A DNA stretch of 64,000 nt from Euryarchaeota archaeon UBA62. GTDB lineage: Archaea; Thermoplasmatota; Poseidoniia; Poseidoniales; Thalassarchaeaceae. The notes below the pieces were generated by a model. It saw only the letters and a program-made list of their open reading frames with translations. It ran no database searches and was not told the DNA's origin. This document shows, piece by piece, positions 31,241-40,869 of the stretch. The position numbers and the translations under genes were made by a program. Numbering within the stretch: the first letter of the stretch is position 1; the number at the start of each line of letters is the position of its first letter. The stretch covers positions 29,069-93,068 of the forward strand of contig DAPJ01000021.1 in assembly GCA_002502095.1 (NCBI GenBank), in the 5' to 3' direction.

Positions 31241-32017
31241 ATGCAGGACTGGGAAAGACTAGGTGAACAGATTACTGAATGGATATTAGACTATGCAAAA
31301 AGCAACGGGATAACAACCCTAGTAGTGGGAGTTTCTGGAGGGATAGATTCAGCTGTAACTTCCACCCTGTGCGCCAAAACTGGACTCAATACACTTGCTC
31401 TAAATATGCCTATCCATCAGATTGAGGATCAATTTGACCTCTCCAATCAGCATTTGTCATGGCTGACAAAAAACTGGGATAATGTAAGATCCGAGACTAT
31501 CGATTTGTCTGAAACATTTGACTCATTTAGTAGTGCCTTTGGGGACAACTTCACAAATCATAGTATGGCAAATTCTAGGGCCAGACTTAGGATGGCCGCC
31601 TTGTATAATTTCGCTGGTATTGAAGCCATCAATGGTATTGTTGTGGGTACGGGAAACAAGGTCGAAGATTTTGGAGTCGGATTCTACACCAAGTATGGCG
31701 ATGGAGGCGTAGACATCTCTCCAATCGCCGATCTCTACAAGTCAGAAGTCTACGCACTCGCCGGTGCTTTAGGAGTCATCCAAAAAATTCAAGACGCCGC
31801 ACCAACCGATGGCCTCTGGGCAGATGGTAGGACCGATGAGGAACAGATAGGGGCTACCTATGAGGAACTGGAGTGGGCTATGAGGGAGATCGAGGACCCT
31901 TCAGATGAGGAGCCCAGTGAAAGGCAGAGACAGGTAATGGCAAGATACATCGAACTCAATAAGGCCAATTCGCATAAGATGAAGCCTATTCCAGTGTTCA
32001 AGAGAAGTGACCGCTGA
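31241..32017 (+). CDS. nadE: NH3-dependent NAD+ synthetase
   Basis: PP-loop GVSGGIDS. Length and C-terminal pattern typical of NadE. Confidence 0.88.
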   Translation: MQDWERLGEQITEWILDYAKSNGITTLVVGVSGGIDSAVTSTLCAKTGLNTLALNMPIHQIEDQFDLSNQHLSWLTKNWDNVRSETIDLSETFDSFSSAFGDNFTNHSMANSRARLRMAALYNFAGIEAINGIVVGTGNKVEDFGVGFYTKYGDGGVDISPIADLYKSEVYALAGALGVIQKIQDAAPTDGLWADGRTDEEQIGATYEELEWAMREIEDPSDEEPSERQRQVMARYIELNKANSHKMKPIPVFKRSDR

Positions 32018-32591
32018 CTTCAATTATGGGCCACACCCCGGTTATTTCATGGATGAACTCTCACAAACCCAAACCAGCTATGCCGATAGTGGCCAGATGA
32101 TGGCCGTCGAGTTCGATAGGAAGATCATCATTTACTGGTGGATGTCTGCAAATGTGGGACTTCTATTTTCGGTGGTCGGAATCATACTAATGCCGATCTG
32201 GATTCCATTTGGGTGGCTTGTTCACCAGAAGCAGTACGAACATATGAGTGGGGCCCTCACAGAACGCTCGCTCAATATGCGCATGGGTTGGATGTTCAAG
32301 AAGCAGCAGAATATCGCCCTGGACAAGCTAACAGATGTCTCAATTCATGAGGGCCCCATTCTCAGTGCCTTCGGAGTCGTTAGGATGCAGTTCGAGACTG
32401 CTGGTGCGGCCCCATTCATACTGACTGGGGTGAAGAATGCCAACGAGTTCCGTGACCTCGTCCTCAGACAGAGGGACTCTCTGGTAACCGGGCCAGCTCA
32501 ACAATCTACACAAACAACCGAATCCAGCGATGTTCTAATTGAAATTAGGGATATTCTAACGAAGATTGAGTCCAAGCTATCAGAAGAATAG
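32007..32591 (+). CDS. Membrane protein with bacterial PH domain (bPH_2 / DUF304, YdbS-like)
   Basis: Two TM helices, then LTERSLNMRMGWMFKKQQNIALDKLTDVSIHEGPILSAFGVVRMQFETAG, typical of bPH_2. Start uncertain (GTG 32007 or ATG 32049). Confidence 0.55.
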   Translation: MTADFNYGPHPGYFMDELSQTQTSYADSGQMMAVEFDRKIIIYWWMSANVGLLFSVVGIILMPIWIPFGWLVHQKQYEHMSGALTERSLNMRMGWMFKKQQNIALDKLTDVSIHEGPILSAFGVVRMQFETAGAAPFILTGVKNANEFRDLVLRQRDSLVTGPAQQSTQTTESSDVLIEIRDILTKIESKLSEE

Positions 32592-32592
32592 G

Positions 32593-33342
32593 TCATATTC
32601 CTGAGGAGATCTTCATCCTTTGGTACCATGGCCAAACTGTAGAGTGGCTCTCCACGATATCAAAGCCATACAATCCCTCCATTGACCTCAAGATCCCATA
32701 GTTTGCGAAGTCAGCTCCATTGGGGTTTTCCCCGCCGAAATAATCGCTCTTGATCCCACTGGACATGTGATCTAATTGAAACTCTAGGTTTTCTCTAGGG
32801 GGTAGTTCGAACATCTTGGCTCTGGACTTTCCTACCATCCTCATGATGATTCCACCTAACCATTTATTCACCAACCTAGCTCCAAATGAGAAGTTATCAA
32901 TCCTAGTGACATAGTCTAAGGCTTGTACGGAGGTCCTGTATGATTTGTATATCACAGCAACAATCGACTTTCCGAGAATTAGATTGGAGAAATCCATCCA
33001 TTCATCTTGCTCAGGGTCTTCTCCCTCCCGTGGGAAACTACTGGAATCCTTGCTGTCAATATAGTGTAAGATGTAATTGGAATCGTTAACTTGAGTTCCA
33101 TCGATATCTACGAAAACAGGTACAGCGCTCCATTCTGACCATTTCAACTGTGTCTTGAAAGTAGGATCTACTTCCACCTTTGAGTACTCTATTCCCCTGC
33201 TGCCTAGCAGTGCTTTGACCTTGAAGCAGAATGGACAGGTCTCAAAGCAGTACATGGTAGGAAGGCCGTCTACGACTCTTTCTGGGACTAGCGTATCTTG
33301 AACGCCCGAAGTAGCTGAAGCCTTATCCTTTTCATCTGCCAT
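32593..33342 (-). CDS. Glutaredoxin/GST-fold protein (Grx2 / prostaglandin-E-synthase-2-like)
   Basis: CPFCFKVKALL active-site context followed by VPV, then a GST-C-like helical region. Confidence 0.55.
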   Translation of the reverse strand: MADEKDKASATSGVQDTLVPERVVDGLPTMYCFETCPFCFKVKALLGSRGIEYSKVEVDPTFKTQLKWSEWSAVPVFVDIDGTQVNDSNYILHYIDSKDSSSFPREGEDPEQDEWMDFSNLILGKSIVAVIYKSYRTSVQALDYVTRIDNFSFGARLVNKWLGGIIMRMVGKSRAKMFELPPRENLEFQLDHMSSGIKSDYFGGENPNGADFANYGILRSMEGLYGFDIVESHSTVWPWYQRMKISSGI

Positions 33343-33371
33343 GTCTTTCGCACCACCATTGAGTTTGTAGT

Positions 33372-33740
33372 TTATTTGTCTAGCCCCAAAGAAGACCTCA
33401 AGGTACTCTCGAACGAGCTAACCGACTTATTGCATCCTTCCAGACTTTCCGCATCGACGAGTATCCTCATTTCACCCGACTCCTCACCAACTACGCAAGG
33501 AGTCTTACCAGCAGTAAAATCAGCGAGCCCCTGACTTTGTTCATTCAGATGCAGAAGCTCAAAATCTACATCCAGGCCATTAGTGAAATCTTTCCAATCT
33601 CTCTTCATTGAGACTCCTTTGTGTGTGATGTCACAGAGTGAACAATGTGCCGTTCCAGTAATCTTTCCCCAGACGTATGAAAGCTCCCCAATGATCCCCC
33701 CATCTGCATGATAAATTCCGTAAATCTTCTCAATCTCCAT
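33372..33740 (-). CDS. Hypothetical CxxC protein
   Basis: 122 aa with a CSLCDITH motif and no confident family. Same strand as the Grx/GST-like gene, 29 nt upstream of it. Confidence 0.35.
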   Translation of the reverse strand: MEIEKIYGIYHADGGIIGELSYVWGKITGTAHCSLCDITHKGVSMKRDWKDFTNGLDVDFELLHLNEQSQGLADFTAGKTPCVVGEESGEMRILVDAESLEGCNKSVSSFESTLRSSLGLDK

Positions 33741-33924
33741 CTTCTCACCATTTGGGTCATTGTTGTATCATATACCAAGTGTTAATACCTCTACATCCGG
33801 GCTTACGCAACTGACTATGCTAGACTGAATCAGTAGATAATATGGAGTTCTCCACCGTAGCATAAATATCATCATATCATAATCAATTTTCTCATTTACA
33901 CCTAATCTTGAAGGTGCTTCCACC

Positions 33925-35679
33925 GTGTCACCATGTGTGGACGTCCCTTCAGAATTGAACTCAATGCTCGTTGGCCAACATGGCCCCACCAAGCAGAAGG
34001 CGGCTAGGCTGGTTGTGGATTTGGCTTCAACAGCGGGGGCCAGTGAATTCGTCAGGGTCAGTAATGCACATGTCTCAGGAGTCAGCGTGATCACTGGCGG
34101 ACATGGACTAAGGAGGTTCTTAGCAGATTTATCTGGTGATCCTTTGGGGAAGATAACTATACCAACGACTCTGAATTCTGCAGGTTGTGATCATGAGAAG
34201 ATGGAGGAGATGGGAATAGACTATCCAGATTTTCTCGAGCAACAATTCGAAATCGTACACTCATATTCAGAACTCGGAATAGAAGCTACCCTCTCATGCA
34301 CCCCCTACGATAGGGGAATAGAAGACGTGGATGGAATCGGCTCATGGGCCGAATCAAATGCTGTTTGCTTCTCAAATTCCTACACTTCACTGGTGACAAA
34401 TAGGGAATCCGGACTTTCTGCTTTGGCGACAGCCTTGACCGGTTGGGCTCCCAAATGGGGCTTACATATGGATGAGAATAGAATCCCAAACATATTCGTT
34501 CAAGTTGAGTGTGAGATGGAAGATATAACTGACTGGAGTATACTAGGTGATTGGATAGGAAAACAAATCAAACCCGAATGGAATCTTCCATGGGGCCCGA
34601 TGCCAAGGATTAGTGGACTTCCTCCTGCAACATTTGAGATGAAAAAAGCATTAACTGCGGCGGCGGCTAATTATGGATGTCCGATGCTGTGGGCTGACGG
34701 GCTAACCCCAGACCCGCCAACGGTTCAATCATACGAAGGAGTATTGAACTTCAAAGAATCAGATTTGTCTGAAAGATATCGTGATCTATCTCCCAAGGGA
34801 AAGGTAGATTTGGTAGTTATTGGATGTCCCCAGGCCAGTGTTGGAGAAGCCAGGACAACCGCTGCATTCATGCGTTCGAGGATGGAATTAGGTGAGAAAA
34901 TACCAGATCATAGACTCTGGGTCTTCATGAGCTCTCATAATTACGATATGATAGAGGCGGATGGAACGCTGGATATTCTAGAGGAGGGTGGCGCATTGGT
35001 TCTGAGGGACACTTGTCCTGAGGTGACTCCTTACAACCGTTCTCGATACAATCACTTACTAACCAACTCGCTAAAGGCAGAGCATTATCTAACTAGTGGA
35101 CTTAACAAGATGCCAACAAGCGTGGCTAAAATCGAAGACTGTGTGTCCCATGCATTTGACCCTTCACTGATTACCGGTGAAAGACCCACACTCTCCTCGG
35201 GAAAAGTCAAGAAGTCAATATCTTCCAAATATGTTGCTAAGGGCGATTTTTCTACTGAAGGACGCGGAATACCAAGTCAGGATGAATGGTCAGTAACAGG
35301 AAAGGCTCTCGTTACGGACGTACCGATTACATATCTGGGATACGTAAATAGAGACACAGGAGTAATAGAGGAGCCGGGACACCCTCTTGATGGCATAGAA
35401 ATCGCAGATAAGATACTGATATACCCCAAGGGATCAGGTTCTACTGTTGCCCCATTCGTCCTAATGGGCTTGATTTACACAGGAGTGGGCCCATTGGCTA
35501 TTATCAATCGAGATGTTTGCCCCCTGACTCTACCAGCCGCGTCTCTCTTAGGGACTCCATATGCACATAGTTTTGAGAATGATCCGATTCAGGAAATCAA
35601 TACAGGGGACGAAGTTAGAATGGAACTAATGAATGGAAAAGTCAGTATGTATGTGATGTCCAGATTTAGCGAGGGTTGA
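33925..35679 (+). CDS. Aconitase X family protein, fused large (DUF521) and small (DUF126) domains
   Basis: The N-terminal ~400 aa fits the DUF521 pattern (AARLVVDLA..GA..FVRVSNAHVSG). The C-terminal ~140 aa fits DUF126 (GKALVTD.PITYLGYVNRDTGVI..HPLDG..IADKILIYPKGSGSTV). Single ORF. GTG start per the ORF track. Confidence 0.7.
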   Translation: MSPCVDVPSELNSMLVGQHGPTKQKAARLVVDLASTAGASEFVRVSNAHVSGVSVITGGHGLRRFLADLSGDPLGKITIPTTLNSAGCDHEKMEEMGIDYPDFLEQQFEIVHSYSELGIEATLSCTPYDRGIEDVDGIGSWAESNAVCFSNSYTSLVTNRESGLSALATALTGWAPKWGLHMDENRIPNIFVQVECEMEDITDWSILGDWIGKQIKPEWNLPWGPMPRISGLPPATFEMKKALTAAAANYGCPMLWADGLTPDPPTVQSYEGVLNFKESDLSERYRDLSPKGKVDLVVIGCPQASVGEARTTAAFMRSRMELGEKIPDHRLWVFMSSHNYDMIEADGTLDILEEGGALVLRDTCPEVTPYNRSRYNHLLTNSLKAEHYLTSGLNKMPTSVAKIEDCVSHAFDPSLITGERPTLSSGKVKKSISSKYVAKGDFSTEGRGIPSQDEWSVTGKALVTDVPITYLGYVNRDTGVIEEPGHPLDGIEIADKILIYPKGSGSTVAPFVLMGLIYTGVGPLAIINRDVCPLTLPAASLLGTPYAHSFENDPIQEINTGDEVRMELMNGKVSMYVMSRFSEG

Positions 35680-35703
35680 TGACGGAAACTCATACCCACA
35701 ACC

Positions 35704-37833
35704 ATGGACTCGAACCGGGAACCGGAACCCTGCCGGCCCCAAGACTGGGGCAAGTTCGAGATAACCAATAGGGATGGCGCTGCTAGGATTGGGAAATTCC
35801 ATACCCGTCATGGAGTAGTCACCACTCCAATGTTACTTCCTGTGGTCAACCCAAATTTACGGACCATAGAGCCGAGGGAAATGTGGGACATGTACGGTAT
35901 CGAAGCTCTGATAACAAATTCCTATGTGATTTGGAAGCATGAGAAGCTTAGTATTCCCGCTAAATCGGATGGAATTCACAAATTATTGAATTTTCCCGGA
36001 GCAATAGTAACCGACTCAGGAACGTTCCAGTCGTATGTCTATGGGGATGTTGAGGTTTCACCAGAAGAGATTGTTTCATTCCAAAGAGAAATCGGAGTTG
36101 ATGTGGGAACTATGTTGGATGTTTTCGGAAGACCCGATATGAGTAGGGAACAAATTGAACATGCAGTAGATGAGACCTTCGATAGGGCAAATATATCCCT
36201 ACTGGAAGCAAGAGATGATATCTTACTCAATGGACCAATCCAAGGAGGACTTCATCACGATTTAAGAGCTCAATCTGCGAGATTAATGAGTCAAGTACAA
36301 GATTCAGGGAAGACATTTGCAGTTCATCCAATAGGAGGCATTGTCCCTCTGATGGAACAACAGAGATATCTAGAGTTATTCGGAATTATATTGGCCGCAA
36401 GATCGGAAATACCCCCTGATAAGCCAATACACATGTTCGGTTGTGGACATCCACTTCTCTTCCCACTATCTGTGGCCTTAGGAGTTGATTTCTTCGATAG
36501 TGCCGCATATGCACTATTCGCTCGTGACGATAGAATACTTACTCCTGAGGGAACAGTAAAGATACAAGGTTTGAATGAGTGGCCTGTAACATCTTCCGCG
36601 CTCTTTGGAAAGACTCCAAAAATGGTTCTGGAAATGACCAAAGAAAGAAGATCAGAGATTCTAGCACATCACAATCTAGAGGTTACCCAGGCCGAACTAG
36701 CTAGGTGTAGGGAGGCTATTAGGGATGGAAGTATTTGGAAACTTGCTGAGGTAAGAAGCCATGCTTCTCCTAGGCTCAGGGAAGCTTTCGAATGGGTTTT
36801 GGATCAACTCGAAGAGCTCGATGATTCAGAAGTCGGCTCAACACTTCTGGAGCTCATGGCTTCTACAAATCCCATCAGGAAAGGCGGAGAGTCACTTTCT
36901 GAGGACATAGCTTTCAGGCCACACATTCTCCATCTTCTAGCCTTGATCTCACTGAGGTGGCGTCTACCCGGGTCTTGGTGGGATGGTAGCTCTGGACCTC
37001 CAGAAAGAGTCCTGATAATCCAAAATTCTCCACCTCCCTGGAGAGAAAGCGCTCTTGGCTCAATAGTTGAGAATCTAATCGAGAATCCCAAGACAGTAGT
37101 TCTGGTAGCTACACCCTTGGGGCCAATCCCCTATTCCTTCGAAGACGTCTCTCCTTTCTGTCACTTAGATGGCCCTGACTCTATTTGGTCTGTTGAATTC
37201 GATCAGAGCAATTCTCTCGAAGACGTTTCATATCTTGGACTAGAGGAAATTCCTATCAAAACTTCATCACCAAAGATTTTAGGAGAATCTTCAGAAGAAA
37301 TTAGTAAGATAAGAACATGGCTAGACAGGTGTTCGATTGTTGACAAATTATCAGTTTTCTGTGGAGTTCACCCAAAGAAACTCTGCGAAGTATCGGAGAT
37401 AATGGAAGCAAGAAGATCCAATACCGATAGGATGGTGAATGTTAGTTTCAATGGGCAACATGTACTGTCTCCAAGATTGAAGGACGGGGGCATTTCCTTG
37501 ACTTCAGAAGGGGCAAGAGTTCTGTATTCACTCAACCCAGGAGTCCCAGATTTATTTGATGAAGAAAACTCTTCTGAGGAGGAAGATTATCCGGGTATAC
37601 CAAGAGTGATGATTTCCGAAGATGCGATACCTTTCGTCGGAGATGGACGTAACGTAATGCATGGTTACATAATTGGTGCCGATCCTCATACCACTCCCGG
37701 ACAACCATGTGTAGTAGTCTCTCAAGAAGGGGATTTGGTAGCTCATGGAGTTCCCACTTCAACAACATTAGAGATGGCTACTTTCAAGAAGGGGATCGCG
37801 GTTAAAGTTAGAGATGGGTGCTTAAAAGAGTGA
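35704..37833 (+). CDS. tgtA: Archaeosine tRNA-guanine transglycosylase (ArcTGT) with C-terminal PUA domain
   Basis: FEITNRDGAARIGKFHTRHGVVTTPMLLPVVNP, VTDSGTFQ, MFGCGHP, AHHNL, and a PUA-like C-terminus (GQPCVVVSQEGDLVAHG..KKGIAVKVRDG). 709 aa. Confidence 0.88.
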   Translation: MDSNREPEPCRPQDWGKFEITNRDGAARIGKFHTRHGVVTTPMLLPVVNPNLRTIEPREMWDMYGIEALITNSYVIWKHEKLSIPAKSDGIHKLLNFPGAIVTDSGTFQSYVYGDVEVSPEEIVSFQREIGVDVGTMLDVFGRPDMSREQIEHAVDETFDRANISLLEARDDILLNGPIQGGLHHDLRAQSARLMSQVQDSGKTFAVHPIGGIVPLMEQQRYLELFGIILAARSEIPPDKPIHMFGCGHPLLFPLSVALGVDFFDSAAYALFARDDRILTPEGTVKIQGLNEWPVTSSALFGKTPKMVLEMTKERRSEILAHHNLEVTQAELARCREAIRDGSIWKLAEVRSHASPRLREAFEWVLDQLEELDDSEVGSTLLELMASTNPIRKGGESLSEDIAFRPHILHLLALISLRWRLPGSWWDGSSGPPERVLIIQNSPPPWRESALGSIVENLIENPKTVVLVATPLGPIPYSFEDVSPFCHLDGPDSIWSVEFDQSNSLEDVSYLGLEEIPIKTSSPKILGESSEEISKIRTWLDRCSIVDKLSVFCGVHPKKLCEVSEIMEARRSNTDRMVNVSFNGQHVLSPRLKDGGISLTSEGARVLYSLNPGVPDLFDEENSSEEEDYPGIPRVMISEDAIPFVGDGRNVMHGYIIGADPHTTPGQPCVVVSQEGDLVAHGVPTSTTLEMATFKKGIAVKVRDGCLKE

Positions 37834-37934
37834 GCATACATAATCAACTATCTGTGGTTGGTATTTTCGGGGATTAATTCAAGTGTTGCCTTCCAGAGGG
37901 CCTATTGACTCCCTACGGGAGTCGGGTGCTATAC

Positions 37935-38927
37935 ATGGTCTCCGATGCAGTCGATGAGATGCTGATAACAGCACGCTCAATGAGGAAAATGTATGGCCCT
38001 CACCTAGCTCTAGATGATGTTAGTCTAGACATCCCGCATGGCGCTGTAGGAATTCTAGGTCCAAATGGAGCGGGTAAATCGACATTTTTCAAATGCCTAC
38101 TTGGTCTCATAAAGACAACCTCTGGCTCTGGAAAGGTATTGGGGCACGATATCAGGACTGAAGGGGAGTTGATACGCTCAAAGATTGGATATATGCCCGA
38201 ATATGACTCCCTTGATCCCGGCCTTACTGCAATTGACCAAGTTAGGTATTCTGGTGAGTTATTGGGGATGAACCCAGACGCCGCTACCCAGAGAGCACAT
38301 GAAGTACTGCAATACGTAGGCCTGAAAGATCAGAGATACAGAAAAATCGAGACCTTTAGCACGGGTATGAAACAAGCTGCTAAATTAGCCTGTGCGCTAA
38401 TACATGATCCAGAGATTCTGATTTGCGATGAGCCAACTAATGGATTAGATCAGAGGGCCAGGGAATTCATGCTACAGACTCTAAGAAAGACCGTAATTGA
38501 AGGTGGAAGATCAGTACTGATGAGTAGTCATGTAATGGACGATGTAGAAACCGTATGTGATAGTATTGTGATGATTCACAAAGGCAAGATAGTCGTCCAC
38601 AGGAGTATAGACGACATGGTCAAACAGGTTGAGAAGGAAATAGAAATCTCAGTCTGGGGAGGGGCATCTCAGATGGAAAGTGAACTGTCTTCAAGAGGAC
38701 TTTCTGTCAGGAGGATGGGGAGAAATATGAGGGTCACCAAGGTCGATGAGGATACATATACCGAGATACTGTCATCTGCGGCCAAAGCAGGAGTTCAAGT
38801 TAGGAAAATGACAGAATATGAGCCAGATTTAGAGGATATTTTCCTTCTGATAATGGATAAGCTAGGCGAAGAAGTTAGGGAAACAGGAGAATTGATGACT
38901 TCCGACCATACGGGGGAGGGGCTATGA
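37935..38927 (+). CDS. ABC transporter ATP-binding protein (cluster ATPase 1)
   Basis: Walker A GPNGAGKST, signature FSTGMKQ, Walker B ILICDEPTNGLD. Start trimmed to MVSDAVDE. Confidence 0.88.
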   Translation: MVSDAVDEMLITARSMRKMYGPHLALDDVSLDIPHGAVGILGPNGAGKSTFFKCLLGLIKTTSGSGKVLGHDIRTEGELIRSKIGYMPEYDSLDPGLTAIDQVRYSGELLGMNPDAATQRAHEVLQYVGLKDQRYRKIETFSTGMKQAAKLACALIHDPEILICDEPTNGLDQRAREFMLQTLRKTVIEGGRSVLMSSHVMDDVETVCDSIVMIHKGKIVVHRSIDDMVKQVEKEIEISVWGGASQMESELSSRGLSVRRMGRNMRVTKVDEDTYTEILSSAAKAGVQVRKMTEYEPDLEDIFLLIMDKLGEEVRETGELMTSDHTGEGL

Positions 38928-39937
38928 CTTCCGAACTGGATATCTCTGGTGGCACGACCAGGATGGAATCAGCATTTGGATCTGGAGACGGAGATGATGA
39001 GGCAAAGGCTTCAGTAGCACAGAAAGCCGAAGTTAAAGGCTCAATATTTGAACAGACATATCGTCCATGGAGAGGCTCTTTAGGGCCCAGGTGGGTCAGG
39101 AACTATGCGATCTTCCGACACCATGTCTACGGTTTATTTTCAAGTAAGGGGCACAGATACTATCACCCTATTGTCAGACTCACTATCCTCATAGTATTCC
39201 TATTCTCTCTTTCTCCAGTAGCAATGCTATTTTTGGCATCATTGGGAGGGCAAGGAGGTTTCGGGGAGGTACTTTCCAGGATGTGGGGCATTAACAGGTA
39301 TAACTTGTGGGGCCAAGTACTCGGATTCTTCCCACGTAATCTTTGCATGTGGCCGCTCCTTACTGCACTTGTTGTGGGGGGCATGATTTCAGATGACCGT
39401 AGAAACGGAACGAGTGCCATATACTTCTCAAGACCAGTCAATAGGATAGATTACACGGCTATGAAATATCTTAGTAGCGCAGTAGTATTGGGCTTCGTGA
39501 TAGTTTTCTCTTACATGGTTTACTATACTAGTGCAATAGTCTTGAACGGAGAGGGTTGGGCATTTCTGATCGATACCTTTCCCATCTTCATGGGGGGGCT
39601 GTTAGCGGGAATTCTTTTGGTTCTAACTTACACTTCTATTGGCCTAGCACTTTCCAGTATCAGTCAAAGTAGATTCTTCGCCGCAGTAGCCTTCTTGGCA
39701 GTTATCTACGGGACGAAGATGGTCGCATTCCTAATCGAGTCTACGTTCGAATCATCGATCCTCTATCTATTGAGTCCTTATGATGGTCTGGCCCATATAG
39801 GGCAGTGGCTAGTTGGAATAGAGTCTAATTATGACTATCCTCTCGCCTTTTCAATCGTCTCAATATTACTCATCAATTCCTTATCACTGGCTTTACTCAC
39901 GAGTAGGGTTAGTTCTCTGGAGGTGACTAGAGAATGA
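38924..39937 (+). CDS. ABC-2-type permease-like membrane protein (cluster permease 1)
   Basis: About 6 TM helices after a charged N-terminus (YRPWRGSLGPRW). ATGA overlap with the upstream ATPase. Confidence 0.6.
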   Translation: MTSELDISGGTTRMESAFGSGDGDDEAKASVAQKAEVKGSIFEQTYRPWRGSLGPRWVRNYAIFRHHVYGLFSSKGHRYYHPIVRLTILIVFLFSLSPVAMLFLASLGGQGGFGEVLSRMWGINRYNLWGQVLGFFPRNLCMWPLLTALVVGGMISDDRRNGTSAIYFSRPVNRIDYTAMKYLSSAVVLGFVIVFSYMVYYTSAIVLNGEGWAFLIDTFPIFMGGLLAGILLVLTYTSIGLALSSISQSRFFAAVAFLAVIYGTKMVAFLIESTFESSILYLLSPYDGLAHIGQWLVGIESNYDYPLAFSIVSILLINSLSLALLTSRVSSLEVTRE

Positions 39938-40869
39938 CTGCAAAGGCCCCGGCTGTAATGATTGAATCTGCTTCTAAGTGGTACGGAGAAGTGATAGGAC
40001 TCAATGATGTTTCTCTAGCAATAGATGGCGGAGTTACAGGTGTTTTAGGTCCCAATGGTGCTGGTAAATCAACACTATTCAAACTACTTCTAGGTAGACT
40101 CAAGCCAAGCCAAGGTTCAGTGAGATTGTTCGGTACTGATCCGTGGGAGAGCACGTCTCCCTTCAGAAGAGTAGGTTATGTTAGCGAAACCGAACCATTG
40201 TATGAGTGGATGACTGGATTGGATTTCCTTATGACCATGGCGAGACTGCATGGAATGACTAGGGACGAGGCTAGGGAAAGGGCTGAGCATGTCTTGGAAT
40301 TCGTTGGCTTGAGTGATGTTCGTCACAAAGAAGTTGGCAAGTATAGTAAGGGCATGAGGCAGAGAGTGAAGATTGCCCATGCACTTGTTCATGATCCGGA
40401 TCTGATAATTCTCGACGAGCCCTTACATGGTTGCGACCCTCTCGCCAGAACCAGTATAATGAGCGTTATCAGAGAGCTAGGTAATCGTGGAAAAACTGTA
40501 ATTGTTTCCAGTCACATACTTGAGGAAATAGAGAGAATTACAGAGCAGATTGTGATTCTCCATAATGGTAGACTACTCGCTCTTGGTAATCTACATGCCA
40601 TTAGGGGCCTTCTAGATAAACACCCTCATAGAATTCTACTTGAAACAGAATCTCCTAGAGATTTGGCCAAGGAATTAATTACAAGAAAGCCGATATACGG
40701 TGTTAGGTTTCCAGAGGAGGGTTTTCTGGAAATTCAGACAGGGGACCTCTCCGCCGCACATGAAATTCTTCCTAGCGCAATAATTGAATCTGGAATCAGG
40801 GTCACTGCAGTTGAGAATCCTGATGATAACCTGGACTCACTACTCGGGTATCTCGTAGGAGGTGGATGA
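39934..40869 (+). CDS. ABC transporter ATP-binding protein (cluster ATPase 2)
   Basis: Walker A GPNGAGKST, signature YSKGMRQ, Walker B LIILDEPLHGCD. ATGA overlap with the upstream gene. Confidence 0.88.
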   Translation: MTAKAPAVMIESASKWYGEVIGLNDVSLAIDGGVTGVLGPNGAGKSTLFKLLLGRLKPSQGSVRLFGTDPWESTSPFRRVGYVSETEPLYEWMTGLDFLMTMARLHGMTRDEARERAEHVLEFVGLSDVRHKEVGKYSKGMRQRVKIAHALVHDPDLIILDEPLHGCDPLARTSIMSVIRELGNRGKTVIVSSHILEEIERITEQIVILHNGRLLALGNLHAIRGLLDKHPHRILLETESPRDLAKELITRKPIYGVRFPEEGFLEIQTGDLSAAHEILPSAIIESGIRVTAVENPDDNLDSLLGYLVGGG

